Of a DNA stretch of 64,000 nucleotides, positions 35,371 through 46,560 are shown one piece after another. How positions within the stretch are numbered: position 1 is the stretch's first letter; each line of letters opens with the position of its first letter. Position numbers and translations under genes: made by a program. The notes below the pieces were generated by a model. The model was not told the origin of the DNA, searched no databases, and saw nothing but the letters and a program-made list of their open reading frames with translations. The stretch is from an uncultured virus (IMG/VR IMGVR_UViG_3300030099_006113) (lineage: Duplodnaviria; Heunggongvirae; Uroviricota; Caudoviricetes). The DNA lies in the IMG/VR virus record IMGVR_UViG_3300030099_006113, positions 1-64,000 of that record; one strand, 5' to 3'.

Positions 35371-38300
35371 TTAGCCCTCAACAATAGAAGACATTATTTC
35401 CCCTGTATTTGTTGCATTTTTCATTGGCTTAAATGAGGGCGGCCTTCCAGCTCCTCTTTGTTCTTGCGAAAAATTACCCATTAATCTGGACATTGTTGAA
35501 GCATTGACAGCTGGAATGTCAAATAACTGACCAAGCGCTAGCTTGTCTGGTCTTGTAAGGTTTTTGTTTACATCAGGATCTGACAATGCCTGCATAACTT
35601 CAGATCTAAATTCGTTATAAAACTGCGGTGATGTTTCTTTTACTGCGTCTATTACTTCTCTTGTAAGCGTATTATCTGCCAACCCATTTCCAATGGCGGT
35701 ATATGGATCTTCAAGGGCCTCGAGTATTCTTGCAAACTTTGCCATCTGCAATGAAGAGGGGAAAGGATCTTCATCAAATACAGAGGATATTCCAGCAGTA
35801 GGTATGTTTCTATATGCGTACATGATTCTTTTACGCAAAACTTGTTTCATTATTGGTCTAATGTCACTGGTCTCATCTCCAAATGGAGAAGTAGCGGCAT
35901 CAAGAAATTGCTCCATTGAGGTTGCATCTGTAGCTAAAAATGTAAGCAACTGCTTTGTTTCATCAAACTGTTCTTTTTGAATTGCCTCTGACCTAAATTC
36001 CTCTAGCAAATCTTTTCTTTTTTTATCTCTGGCTATTTCTTTTTTAAGCCCTTCTGGGTCTCTATATGCAGTCATAGGAAGAACAAAAGATCTTGCAATT
36101 GGCCTTTTCGGTATCTTGTCTTTTCCGCCAGTAGCCAGTTGTTTCATGTAGTTATTTACAAGATCTTTAGCCTGTTTTTGTCCGCTTTGAACCATGTGCT
36201 CCATAAAGTACAATCTTCCAGCTGCACTCGTAGGATCAACAACAGCCTCAGCAACATTAACAGCAGCCCCAAGTGGCAGGCTATAAAGATATGCAAAGGG
36301 AAGAAATGGAGTCATTCTTCTAAAGAAATACTCATTTGCATTATGAGTTTGACCCTGAACCTGAGACCAACGCATAGCTGACTCAAGGTCTTCAGTTAAG
36401 AATCTTTTTAGTCTCTGTGTATTCTTTTGGGATTTCTTAACTCTTTTTAGTATTTCAGAATAGTAAGGCCGTATGCTTGTTTCACCTGGCTTAAACTCTT
36501 TACCAATGTACTCCATTAGCTTCTTTGTAAAAGCTGGTTTAAGTTTTCTATCGAAGTTATGGCTAGATAAAAGCTCTGACAGAACTTCTGCACCTAGTGA
36601 ATGGTGTCTTTCCATTATCCCGGTTTTGGAATTAATATTTGTTCTGTTTAAACTTTTTAGCCAGGCAAGAACCTTTGCTTCATCTGCAAATGTTTCAAGA
36701 CCTTCTTTTGCAAAGAACCCATCTTGGAATTGTTTATGGAGCTCGGCATAATCTTTTCTTTTTCTTCTGAACTGATTATTCCACATAGCAAGCTCACCAA
36801 ACAATTCTTGGTCATTCATAAAACCCTTTGCTGATGCTTCAACAGTATTCATTGCTTCTTCTGATGCATTGCCAGCAGTAAGGCCTTTAAGCCCACCAAA
36901 GTCTTTAAACTTAGTGTGATATATGTTGTTTATATCTTCAGCTCTTTTAAATGCAGCAGTAGACAGCCTTTTACTGTAAATTCCAGTAGCGCCCATTTGC
37001 TCCAGCAAGTTAATAAAAGCCTCAACATCGCCCTTACTAGCATGCACTCTAAGGCTTGATTGAATTTCAACAAGAGTCGGTCCTCTATTACCCATTCTGC
37101 TTTTAATGGCCTGAGCAAGACCGTCTCTTCCCTCAATCTTAATATTGCTTAAAAGATTAACCCAGCCAGCGGGGTTTATTGTTTTTGACTCTTTTATGCC
37201 TGTAGCCTTGCCTATGTTTGGCTCAAATATGCCGCTCATTTGTTGAGACCTTGTTGTCCATGCCTCTCTTAACTCTTTTGTTGCTGCTCCATTTCTTATT
37301 GGAAATTGTCTTTTTAAAAAATGAGCTTGTTCTACAGCTGTATCACTAAGCATTTTAAATCTTTTAAGAGTTTCCAGAATGGAAGCATGCTCAGACCCAC
37401 CAAGCATTTTAGATATAAACTCTTTGCTTATGCCCCTTCTGTCTGCCTGCTGAAGAATGTCTTCTATTAAAAAAGACTCATCTAGTGTTTTAGTCATCGA
37501 TGAAGCAATGTCTTTTAAATGACCAGTTAATCTTTTTGCGTCTCTTCTTGCTTTTTGACCATCTTTACCGAGAGAGAACATAAGCTGGGCTTCTCGGATC
37601 TCAGATGCAGATGCGCCTTGCTTTTGCATTGTAACTGCAATTTTTGCTAAAGAATCTGTTGTTGCTTTTGATATTTTTGAATTAGCAGCAAGCTGATAAA
37701 CACTACCCAAAGATCCAGTAGTTGCTGTTGCAATTCTTCCTAATAAAGGCAAACCGCCACTGAACCCCGCACCAAGAGCCGAGTTCAATATAGCATCAGA
37801 GCCCATTCGGTTAACCATTGCTTCAACAGCATCTTCATTTGCAAGAGCAGCCTCAGACAGTCCCTGTCCAGCAGAATACAGGCCACCCTCAACAAGAGCC
37901 GCAGCAGCCCCACCAACAGTGCCTTTCATTAGGTCCGCAGTAAAAGGCGCAACATCATTTAAGGACTTCCCTTTTAGCCCTGGGATTGCTTTAGATGTTC
38001 CCTTGCCAACTAAACTTGAAACAGCTTTTTGAGTAGCAATACCAGCTCTAGAAGCTAATCCTGGTGCAGCCCCAGCGACTGTTTTTAATGCGCTTGTTCC
38101 TGGAGCACCAATAGCAACTCTTTTTAGCGTTTCCTTTGTACCAAGTCTTGCCCCAGCAGCCGTTGCTTTTGCAGACTGAGCAAATGCTGAAGCGCCACCA
38201 GATAAAATTGCCTGAATAACAGCAGAGCCAATACCGGCTCCATGATAAACGCCAGGGTTGTATTTTTGAATTTTTGCATATTTATCTGCAAGGTCATCGC

Positions 38301-38625
38301 TAAGGAGCCTAGTTACATAAGGGACTGCACCAAACGTAGAGTAATCTGCAATACCAAGAGCAGCAGCGGCTAATGAAGAATCTCCATATTCTTGTTTTTC
38401 AAGTAACTTAAAGGCTTCTGAATCAGAAAGATAATTAGCCCCTTTAAACATAAGCTCTCTTGCTTCGGAGCCGCTTACTCTGGAGATTTCTCCACTTCTA
38501 TTTCTAAGATAAACTTTATCATTTGAAGGAAAATCAAAACCTTGCCCAAGAATTTTTCTTGCAACTTCACTAGAGCTAACATCGGTAAGCTCATTTGTTT
38601 CTGTGTTTATAATTCTAACTGGCAT
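35371..38625 (-). CDS. Large internal virion/ejection protein (phage B)
   Basis: Homolog of 616..3450. Confidence 0.65.
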   Translation of the reverse strand: MPVRIINTETNELTDVSSSEVARKILGQGFDFPSNDKVYLRNRSGEISRVSGSEARELMFKGANYLSDSEAFKLLEKQEYGDSSLAAAALGIADYSTFGAVPYVTRLLSDDLADKYAKIQKYNPGVYHGAGIGSAVIQAILSGGASAFAQSAKATAAGARLGTKETLKRVAIGAPGTSALKTVAGAAPGLASRAGIATQKAVSSLVGKGTSKAIPGLKGKSLNDVAPFTADLMKGTVGGAAAALVEGGLYSAGQGLSEAALANEDAVEAMVNRMGSDAILNSALGAGFSGGLPLLGRIATATTGSLGSVYQLAANSKISKATTDSLAKIAVTMQKQGASASEIREAQLMFSLGKDGQKARRDAKRLTGHLKDIASSMTKTLDESFLIEDILQQADRRGISKEFISKMLGGSEHASILETLKRFKMLSDTAVEQAHFLKRQFPIRNGAATKELREAWTTRSQQMSGIFEPNIGKATGIKESKTINPAGWVNLLSNIKIEGRDGLAQAIKSRMGNRGPTLVEIQSSLRVHASKGDVEAFINLLEQMGATGIYSKRLSTAAFKRAEDINNIYHTKFKDFGGLKGLTAGNASEEAMNTVEASAKGFMNDQELFGELAMWNNQFRRKRKDYAELHKQFQDGFFAKEGLETFADEAKVLAWLKSLNRTNINSKTGIMERHHSLGAEVLSELLSSHNFDRKLKPAFTKKLMEYIGKEFKPGETSIRPYYSEILKRVKKSQKNTQRLKRFLTEDLESAMRWSQVQGQTHNANEYFFRRMTPFLPFAYLYSLPLGAAVNVAEAVVDPTSAAGRLYFMEHMVQSGQKQAKDLVNNYMKQLATGGKDKIPKRPIARSFVLPMTAYRDPEGLKKEIARDKKRKDLLEEFRSEAIQKEQFDETKQLLTFLATDATSMEQFLDAATSPFGDETSDIRPIMKQVLRKRIMYAYRNIPTAGISSVFDEDPFPSSLQMAKFARILEALEDPYTAIGNGLADNTLTREVIDAVKETSPQFYNEFRSEVMQALSDPDVNKNLTRPDKLALGQLFDIPAVNASTMSRLMGNFSQEQRGAGRPPSFKPMKNATNTGEIMSSIVEG

Positions 38626-38635
38626 TTAATTACCC

Positions 38636-40555
38636 TTAATCACCAAAGAATAAACTTCCAGATGCTTGTGCTTTATTCTCAGCGCTCATTAATCTTCTTT
38701 CTAAGGCCATTTTTCTTAGCCTATTGTCGTAAAACATTGATTCTTCAAAGTTAAGATTGTTTTCCTGAACGTCTTTAAACAGTTTTGATGGATCTTGAAT
38801 TCCTATCGTAGACATCCACGGAAGAAGAATAGGCTTGTTAGTCTCGCTGGTCAGCAAGTACCTAGTCATTGTTTGACCAACAACATCCATTTCAAACTTT
38901 TTAAGAACTGCCCTAATTTGGCTCAAATTATTACGAGCAAGAAAGCCCATAACGTCTTCTGTAAATTGCTGTTCTGACTCTGCAAGGTTACCCTTGTCTA
39001 GAGTTCTTGCGTATTGGCGAGCCAACAATCTTCCATTTTGCTGAAGCCTATCTGCAATGCTAAAAGGAAAATATTTCTTTGCATCAAAGTCTGCAACGAT
39101 TCGATCAATACTTCTTCCAGTATCACCACTTTCTCTTTCAAGAATATCGACAATTGCCAGAGCCTCCTGAAGGTTAGACATTGCCCTGTCGCTAGAAGTG
39201 TAAAATTCTTTATCGGCAGTTGTTAGCTCTGCAATCTTTTTTTCTTTTGGTGCAGCTAAAGCTTTACTCATCTCTAAACGCATTAGCTTCATGCCATGCT
39301 CTCTTTGTTGAGCAGCAGAAGCAGCAGAAAGAGTTGCAGTTCTTTGACCAACTTCCTTAATTGCTTGATCCTTAAGAGCTGAAGCAAGCTTGTAGTTTGT
39401 AAGTTGCTCTTCATATTTGATGTCTTTTTTAAAAACAGAAAGAGCTGCTTGGTACTTTGGATTTGTAGCAAATTGAGCCAACTCTGGCTTAGCTGCAATT
39501 TGATCAACAGCTGCACCAAACCTCCTCAACATAGCACCCCTGTAAACATTCATTTGATCTACAGTAGAATCAAAACGAGAAATTACAGCATTCAAACTAT
39601 CTTGGCGGGCTTGTCTTTTTTCTGCTCTAAATGTAGCCATTTGACTGGCTTCCATTCTTTTAGCTTTAAAATCTGAATCAACAGCTTTAAAGAATGCAGT
39701 CATAAAGTAGTTTGGAATCTTACCCTCAGTACCAATACTTAAAAAGGTATTAAGAAATGTACCTGCAAGCCAAAAAACAGTGCTTGCTGTTTTTTTTGCA
39801 CTGAAGTCATCATTATCGTCAAAGAATCCAATAAGGTCCCCAAAGGTGCCTGGAGCAGCTGGGGGTTTTTCATTCTTAAATGCCTTAAGTGTTTGCTCTG
39901 TTAGGTCATTAAATTTTTCTTGAGTAACTTTAGATATCTCACGAACAGCTTTTTCTTCACTTAAAGCAGCTTCATATTTTTCTTGCTGAAGCTTTTCGAT
40001 GTCTTGAGCCGCTTCTAGCTCAAAAGTGTATTGCTCTAGTCTTTGCTCTTCTTCAAATTCTTTTAATTGTTTTTGCGTACTTGAGTATTTCCTGGTTGCT
40101 TTCTCTAGTTCTTGTGACCTATTTTTAATTTTACTATCTAGCCCTGCAAGTTTTTCGCTGTAAGCAACAGGGTCAGAATCAAGAAAACCAGTTAGCTCTT
40201 TTGAAGCAGCAGAAAATCTTTCAGCCTCTGCATATGTAGAAGCAGATGTTATATCTGGATTTCCATACAGCCTTGGGTCAATTCCTAGCTCACTTAGTGA
40301 CATTTGCTTTTCATCATCACTAAGATCAATTGACTGACGTTTACCTAAATCATTGCCAGCAATTACCGCGTTTGTTTCGGCGCTTTTTTCAACCCTTTTG
40401 TCTGACTCATCCATCATGGCTTTGGATCTTTTATCTCCAAGCCTACTGGACTCCATTTGGCTTTTAGCAACGTATCTTGCAAACTCGGGATTTTGAGGAT
40501 CTGGCTCAGAGCTCATAAAAGGAATAGAAGAAAGTACTGATGGCACAACTGTCAT
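38636..40555 (-). CDS. Internal virion/ejection protein (phage B)
   Basis: Coiled-coil plus hydrophobic helix; syntenic with 3450..5078. Confidence 0.6.
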   Translation of the reverse strand: MTVVPSVLSSIPFMSSEPDPQNPEFARYVAKSQMESSRLGDKRSKAMMDESDKRVEKSAETNAVIAGNDLGKRQSIDLSDDEKQMSLSELGIDPRLYGNPDITSASTYAEAERFSAASKELTGFLDSDPVAYSEKLAGLDSKIKNRSQELEKATRKYSSTQKQLKEFEEEQRLEQYTFELEAAQDIEKLQQEKYEAALSEEKAVREISKVTQEKFNDLTEQTLKAFKNEKPPAAPGTFGDLIGFFDDNDDFSAKKTASTVFWLAGTFLNTFLSIGTEGKIPNYFMTAFFKAVDSDFKAKRMEASQMATFRAEKRQARQDSLNAVISRFDSTVDQMNVYRGAMLRRFGAAVDQIAAKPELAQFATNPKYQAALSVFKKDIKYEEQLTNYKLASALKDQAIKEVGQRTATLSAASAAQQREHGMKLMRLEMSKALAAPKEKKIAELTTADKEFYTSSDRAMSNLQEALAIVDILERESGDTGRSIDRIVADFDAKKYFPFSIADRLQQNGRLLARQYARTLDKGNLAESEQQFTEDVMGFLARNNLSQIRAVLKKFEMDVVGQTMTRYLLTSETNKPILLPWMSTIGIQDPSKLFKDVQENNLNFEESMFYDNRLRKMALERRLMSAENKAQASGSLFFGD

Positions 40556-40557
40556 AA

Positions 40558-41493
40558 TTAACCCCTAAGCATTTCAGCGGCAGTTTTAAGGCCACCGGCT
40601 CTAGCAGTTCTTCCCATAAAATTAGAACTTCCAGATGTTCCTGGAATTAAACGACCAGCAGTTGCACCTATTGCAGAACCGACAGCAGCACCAACAGGGC
40701 CACCAATAGCCATCCCAGCAGCACCACCAGCAGCAGCACCACCACCGCTAGCAACAGATCTAGCAGCGCCTCTTGGCGATCCAGAAATAAGCGCAGATCC
40801 AGCAGCAGTAAGGCCTTGAGTAATTGGACCACCTACAACTTCGCTAACTTCTTTAGATAGCCCAAGATTTGACAGAGCAGCATCAATTCCTTTTTGAACT
40901 GTTTCTTGACTAACAGCTGCTACCGCACTTCCTATGGCTGCTTTTCTTTGATCTTTATCTTTAATAGCCATTGCAGAGCCAATTCTAGTTCCAAAAGTTG
41001 CAGCTCTTTCAAACTTAGAAACTCTCTTTTGTCTTTCTTCTATTATTTTGCCTGTCTCTACCTGTGCTTTTTTTGCTTTTTCTTCAATTTTTTTTACCTC
41101 TTGAGTCTTTAAGGTATTTGCTTGTCTTCTTTCATTAATATTAGCCTGAGTTGCTGCCATTATCTGATCAGCTGGATTACTCGAACCTTCCATTGAAGCG
41201 AGGCTTTGACCTCTTGTAGGTCGTGTTTGCGAGAGCCTAGACATAATTGCTTCGTCAGACTCAGTATTGCGCAGCATTTCTCCAACTGGCTGCCTATTTA
41301 AAGCTGTTGGATTTGTAACAGATGGGGCAGTTTTAAATTGAGACTGACTACCCACCTCTCCTGCGCCAAAAGCATACGGAGTAATGTTTCGAAGAGATTC
41401 ATCTTTCCTCATTAGGCTAGCAGCACCACGCTCAGCAGAACCAAGCCTATAAGCATGAAGAGGCGTAGGAATATTTTTTTTAGGCATAAACAT
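40558..41493 (-). CDS. Putative ejection protein with glycine-zipper
   Basis: GGAAGMAIGGPVGAAVGSAIG. Confidence 0.6.
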   Translation of the reverse strand: MFMPKKNIPTPLHAYRLGSAERGAASLMRKDESLRNITPYAFGAGEVGSQSQFKTAPSVTNPTALNRQPVGEMLRNTESDEAIMSRLSQTRPTRGQSLASMEGSSNPADQIMAATQANINERRQANTLKTQEVKKIEEKAKKAQVETGKIIEERQKRVSKFERAATFGTRIGSAMAIKDKDQRKAAIGSAVAAVSQETVQKGIDAALSNLGLSKEVSEVVGGPITQGLTAAGSALISGSPRGAARSVASGGGAAAGGAAGMAIGGPVGAAVGSAIGATAGRLIPGTSGSSNFMGRTARAGGLKTAAEMLRG

Positions 41494-41503
41494 TTACCAC
41501 TCC

Positions 41504-43207
41504 TTAAAGACCGGGAAATCCGGGAAGTCCACCTAGAACATCTGAAACTTCATCTGCAGTAGCTTCAGCGCCTTCTCCGGGTGAGTCAAAGCCTTGATTT
41601 CCGCCTTGATTACCTAATGGATCTGCACCAATAACACCTTCGACATAGCCTGGTAGGTCTTGACCAATAAGCTGACGAACTGCATCAAGCTCTTCGTTTA
41701 GCTGCTCACCACTTGATTCCCAGAACCAACCCTGTTCCATGACATATTTACCAAGCTCAACAATTGCACCTTCTCTAGCTGCCCAGTAACGATAGGTTAG
41801 TTCTTCTTTAAGTTGAGCCATTTCCGTATCAACTCTTTGTTCTGCGAGCTCAAGACTTACACCTTGTTGAGTTAGTGCAGAAAGCAAAGAGTTTCTTGTA
41901 GACTCAAGCTGAGCGTTTACTTGAGCTTCAGCAATTGTTCTTGCTTGTTCCATTTGGGCATTGCTTAGCTCTGCCTCTTGTTGAAAGCTTGCTTCCTGAG
42001 TAAATCTTTGTTGCTCAAGCTGAACGCGTTGAGTTTCCATTTGTTGCTCAAACTGAGCATTCTGAAGGTCTGTTTGTTGTGTTAATTGAGCTACTATTTC
42101 ATTAACACTTTGATCGAATCCAGCCTGTTGGAGAACTCTTGCTTGCTCTTGTTCAGCTGCTAAAATATTTGACTGTTGATCAAACTGAGCTTGAGTAATT
42201 TCAGCACGTGCTTCCATTTCAGCAGCAGCCATTTCAGCTTCTTGCTCCATTGCAGCCTGGCGAATTAAACGTTCTTGTTCTTGAGAGCTTGCTTGCATTT
42301 CTGCTTGTTGCTCTAACTCGGCTTGTCTGATAGCTTCCTGTTGTTGCAGCTCAGCAGTTGTAAGTGTTGCTTGTTGTTCAAGCTGTGCTTGTTGAGTTGC
42401 AACGCCAAGATCTTGTCCCCTCATTTGACCGGCTGCACCACCAAGAGCTTGAAGAGCTTCTAACTGTTGCCTTGCAGCAGCTTCTTGGACTCCTCGCTCA
42501 ACTTCTTGCACTCCTTGAACTCCAGCACGCAACAAAGCTGCCGTAGGAACGCCTCTTTGAGTAGCTAGCTGAGAGATTACGTTTTGAATTCCTCGTTCTC
42601 TTTGTTGCTCGAGTACTGGACTTAATTGACCTGAAGCCATGGCAGAAAGAGCTTCAATCTGTTGGGACTGGGCATCTCTTGCTTGTTGGTCTTGTGCTTG
42701 AATTTCAGCAGATCCAATAGCTCCAATACCTTCTATTTCTGAAGCAGCAGGGCCTTGAGCAGCAGTAATTTCTGCAGCAGTTGGGCCTGTTGGAGTTTGA
42801 ACATCAGCAGCAACAGGTAATGAAACATCGCCAATATCAGCAGCTTCAAGATTTTGAGCAGCTTGTGATTCAAAAGTTGCAGCTGTTCCTGGTGTAGCGG
42901 CCTGAATGTTTTGACCTGTTACCTGTTGTCCAGTCCCAAGATCTGCACCTTCACGCTCAAGAACTTGATTCGTTATATCTGCAACACCTTGCTGATTAAA
43001 ACTTCCTTGAAATGGGCGATCAGGCGCAGTGGTACCTTGTCCCATGGGGCCATAGTCTATTTCAGTAGGTGGAGGATTGGCTCCTTCAGGAAGTGGTTGA
43101 GGAGCAAAGCCAGAATAATCAAGCTCTTCTTCTTCTTCTTCTTCTACTCCAACGCCAAACGGATTGGCCAACTCGCCAAATTTAGGCTGTGGTATAGAGT
43201 CTGCCAT
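41504..43207 (-). CDS. Putative ejection/DNA pilot protein with hendecad repeats
   Basis: 15 consecutive Gln-rich 11-aa repeats. Confidence 0.65.
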   Translation of the reverse strand: MADSIPQPKFGELANPFGVGVEEEEEEELDYSGFAPQPLPEGANPPPTEIDYGPMGQGTTAPDRPFQGSFNQQGVADITNQVLEREGADLGTGQQVTGQNIQAATPGTAATFESQAAQNLEAADIGDVSLPVAADVQTPTGPTAAEITAAQGPAASEIEGIGAIGSAEIQAQDQQARDAQSQQIEALSAMASGQLSPVLEQQRERGIQNVISQLATQRGVPTAALLRAGVQGVQEVERGVQEAAARQQLEALQALGGAAGQMRGQDLGVATQQAQLEQQATLTTAELQQQEAIRQAELEQQAEMQASSQEQERLIRQAAMEQEAEMAAAEMEARAEITQAQFDQQSNILAAEQEQARVLQQAGFDQSVNEIVAQLTQQTDLQNAQFEQQMETQRVQLEQQRFTQEASFQQEAELSNAQMEQARTIAEAQVNAQLESTRNSLLSALTQQGVSLELAEQRVDTEMAQLKEELTYRYWAAREGAIVELGKYVMEQGWFWESSGEQLNEELDAVRQLIGQDLPGYVEGVIGADPLGNQGGNQGFDSPGEGAEATADEVSDVLGGLPGFPGL

Positions 43208-43233
43208 TTCTTAACTCCCTAAAATCTATCTAG

Positions 43234-46200
43234 TTACACCCTAGTTACACCAGCGCTTGAGTCGCCAATTGTTCTAGTTAGGTTGTAAACTGTTTCGTCT
43301 ATGCTGTGTATCTGGCTATTAGGCAGAGATTGATTAAATTTATCCTCTGTATTAGCCATACGATAAATGCCTTTTTTACCACCAGTTTCTATAACTAGCG
43401 AACTAAGGGTAAATCCTTGAAGGGCAGAAAGGGTGCTATTTGAATCTGAGTCAAATATTTCAAACTTTAATGATTGGCATTTTTGGCGAGTTAAATGACC
43501 TCTTAACTGGAAACTGCCTTCAGCGGCTGGATCAAACTCAAGCTTAAAAATATCTACAGGAGCTACGTCATGATAATCATAATAAACATATATATTTAAA
43601 TCAAAGTCTTCGCTTCCTACAATTTTACCAAGAAGGGCAAACTTATAAGCCCTTGCAAATCCTTGTATCTCATTTAAATGAATCCAACCTGTTTTAATCT
43701 TTAACGGCATAAATGCCGATTGATTAAGGGTTTTAATGTCTGATCTTTCACCCCATAAATCATTTCCTGAAGTAGTCATGTAGACTATATTTTCAATTGA
43801 AAACATTCCAGAAAAAGTCTCAAGGCTAGATAGGGTGCTATATTCATAATGAGACCATTGGTTAAAGAATGAGTTATAGGCCATTACTTTTTTGTTTAGC
43901 AAAAACCTAATTGTGCTTGTTGGCTGGTTTTGAATAATTTCTTTTACAATGTTGTCATCAAGTCTTTCAGAAGATGCATAAGCTTGACTTTGAGAGAATC
44001 CAACAGTGTCCTCAACCATTGCACCAATAAATTCAACTTGCCCTTGGAATATTCGGTAGATGCCTTTTATGCTTTGGAAATAAAGGCCTGAGTCAGTATT
44101 AAGAGTAGGGGATCCTTTAATTGCACCAATACTATTGCTGATTAATCTTGGTGTAAAATAAGACCCTGAACCTGACTTTGATGGGCCATCTCCACTAATT
44201 ACGTATATTGATTTTTCTCTAAAGATATAGAGATCACCGCCAGCACTACCCAAGGCTGTAGGTTTATCATCCAAGGACCCATCAAGAGGAATAAAGAAAG
44301 AGTCTGAAAATGAAACACCAAAGCCTTCAACGTATTCTTTTGAAAACAAAATGCGATTATCTTCAGTAATAGCAAAAATTCTATTTCTGTGTTCTTTTAT
44401 ATAAAAACAAGCAGGCACAATTACATCAGCAAGTTCATTTGCATCTGTATAAAGAGATGCCCCAACTGCAACAACTGCATCTGAAAATGTATCAGCAAAG
44501 GTTGAGGTTCCTCCGCTATAGTCACTTTGGCCAGAAACTGTAGCAACTTTATTGTATAGATTTCCATCAGCCTGTGTTCTGTAGATGGAAACATAATAGT
44601 CATCATGCTTTACCATCATTCCAATTTGCTCAAAGGTAATTACTGTTGAATCATTTGAGCTCATAGCAACAGAGACAGGGTCAGAAGGCTCTGACCTATA
44701 AAGATTACCGTTAACGTCTTCTCTTTCAAATACAATTTTATACTTGTATGTCTTGTTAGACGTCATACTTCCAGACGTTCCACTAACAGCGACAGATGTA
44801 ATTTCAGGCTTTGGCAAACCAGAAAGACTTACAATGTTCCCTCCATCGTCCTGGTACATTGCATTGCCAAAAGTAAAAAATACATTATCTCCAACAGCAG
44901 AGTGCCTTGTTCCATATGATGGCACACCTGTTGTAATTTTAATAATTTCGATAATAGAATTAGGAACAGCTTCTACTTCAGTAGCTGATGTTGGAAATGT
45001 GTTAATGTTTGTAGTTCTTGGGACAGCTGTATAGAACTCTTCCGGGGTATTACCAGAGCTAGAGTATCCAACAACTTTGCATGGCCCAAAAGGAGAATAC
45101 TCTGGACGATATGATTGAGTTAAAGATCTTCCAACAATTGTACCACTACTGTTATTCGTATCAACGTGAAAGCTTACGGTAGACAGCTCTTTGTTTGAGC
45201 TATAGGCATTGCTTCCTCCAAATATCGTTATAAATTTGTTAGTCGTATTTTCATACTGGAACCCTTGAACAGAAGATCTTCCTCTTCCTAAACTTAATGC
45301 TGAAGAAATACTAACCGATGGGCCTGATGTAGGACGTGTAATTCTGTAAATTGACTGAGTTATTGAGTTTTCATTAGGTCCATCCTCAAACATTAAAGCA
45401 ACAGAATCTATAGAATCATCATAAAGAGGTTCATGATCAACAAACCCATGGGGCTGGAAGTAAGTTGAAGAATTAGTAAAGTTTGAATGATTTGCACCTG
45501 TTGATGGATTTATATCAACAGAAGAAAGCCGAATAGTAGTTCCAGTTCTGTATGCAATATAATACTTACTAACAGCAGATGAAAACGTAGTTCCTGCTGT
45601 AGAGTGACCAAGTACAAGCCTTGTTTCTGGAGCCGTGCTACCAAGGCCATCAGAAATATCAGTAGAGTTTACTGGTGAAAAACTGCCATCAGGATCACTG
45701 TCTATAACATAACGAACAGAATGGGTTCCTGAATTGTTTTTATAATAAACAACTACAATTCCATCAATATCATCTGAGTCAGCATGTAAAACATCAAACC
45801 ATTGCTGAGACGTTGTTTGGTTGTAGTCATTCGTTGAACCACCAATAACCACTCCATTACCAGCGAGAGAAGGCATTGTTACAGAAGAAGTCCCAATGCT
45901 TAAATGGTCCCTTCTTAGTTCATAGTTGCTTCCATTTTTATACTCATAATAAACATTAAAGCATCCGTTTGAACTAGAGTGAGCACCAGCGCTAACTACT
46001 TTAATTTTGCCCTGATAAGTATATTGAGCAGCGCTTCCTGTTCTTGCCTCTGATGTAGCAACAACAGTCATTCCTTCTCTTTCTATAAGATTAACAACAT
46101 GGCTATAGTTCTTTGCTCTATTAGTGTAATCGTAATCAACCTTTAAATATGCAACGCATATGTAATCACCAAAAATTGCAATGCTTGGGGCTTCTTCATG

Positions 46201-46560
46201 GTGCAATGAGTTGCCTGAAGACCCTGAAAAAATCTCAGTAGAAAAAGCAGAGTAAAAGCCTACATCGTTAATTGCACCAAACTTTGCAGCTGAAAGAGCA
46301 TTACCTAATCGATATAGTTTGTTTTTAGCATAGCCAAGATAAATAGAATCTCTGAAGGGGAAAGAAGTGGTAAGTTCACCTTGATCTGTAATTAATAAAT
46401 CAGAAGATGAATAACCGCCTCTTTTTGTAATCTCTCCACCCTTGCTAAATACACCATTTCTTAAATCTGAAAGCTCTCCAACTGGCAAATAATGGCTCGA
46501 GGCTTTTTCATTTATACCCTTAGCAAAAGGAACGTTTATTAATCTTTTGTTTAAAACCAT
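43234..46560 (-). CDS. Tail nozzle/tubular protein B-like (phage B)
   Basis: PFAKGINEK...TKRGG; YNSFFNQWS; homolog of 6335..10069. Confidence 0.7.
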   Translation of the reverse strand: MVLNKRLINVPFAKGINEKASSHYLPVGELSDLRNGVFSKGGEITKRGGYSSSDLLITDQGELTTSFPFRDSIYLGYAKNKLYRLGNALSAAKFGAINDVGFYSAFSTEIFSGSSGNSLHHEEAPSIAIFGDYICVAYLKVDYDYTNRAKNYSHVVNLIEREGMTVVATSEARTGSAAQYTYQGKIKVVSAGAHSSSNGCFNVYYEYKNGSNYELRRDHLSIGTSSVTMPSLAGNGVVIGGSTNDYNQTTSQQWFDVLHADSDDIDGIVVVYYKNNSGTHSVRYVIDSDPDGSFSPVNSTDISDGLGSTAPETRLVLGHSTAGTTFSSAVSKYYIAYRTGTTIRLSSVDINPSTGANHSNFTNSSTYFQPHGFVDHEPLYDDSIDSVALMFEDGPNENSITQSIYRITRPTSGPSVSISSALSLGRGRSSVQGFQYENTTNKFITIFGGSNAYSSNKELSTVSFHVDTNNSSGTIVGRSLTQSYRPEYSPFGPCKVVGYSSSGNTPEEFYTAVPRTTNINTFPTSATEVEAVPNSIIEIIKITTGVPSYGTRHSAVGDNVFFTFGNAMYQDDGGNIVSLSGLPKPEITSVAVSGTSGSMTSNKTYKYKIVFEREDVNGNLYRSEPSDPVSVAMSSNDSTVITFEQIGMMVKHDDYYVSIYRTQADGNLYNKVATVSGQSDYSGGTSTFADTFSDAVVAVGASLYTDANELADVIVPACFYIKEHRNRIFAITEDNRILFSKEYVEGFGVSFSDSFFIPLDGSLDDKPTALGSAGGDLYIFREKSIYVISGDGPSKSGSGSYFTPRLISNSIGAIKGSPTLNTDSGLYFQSIKGIYRIFQGQVEFIGAMVEDTVGFSQSQAYASSERLDDNIVKEIIQNQPTSTIRFLLNKKVMAYNSFFNQWSHYEYSTLSSLETFSGMFSIENIVYMTTSGNDLWGERSDIKTLNQSAFMPLKIKTGWIHLNEIQGFARAYKFALLGKIVGSEDFDLNIYVYYDYHDVAPVDIFKLEFDPAAEGSFQLRGHLTRQKCQSLKFEIFDSDSNSTLSALQGFTLSSLVIETGGKKGIYRMANTEDKFNQSLPNSQIHSIDETVYNLTRTIGDSSAGVTRV

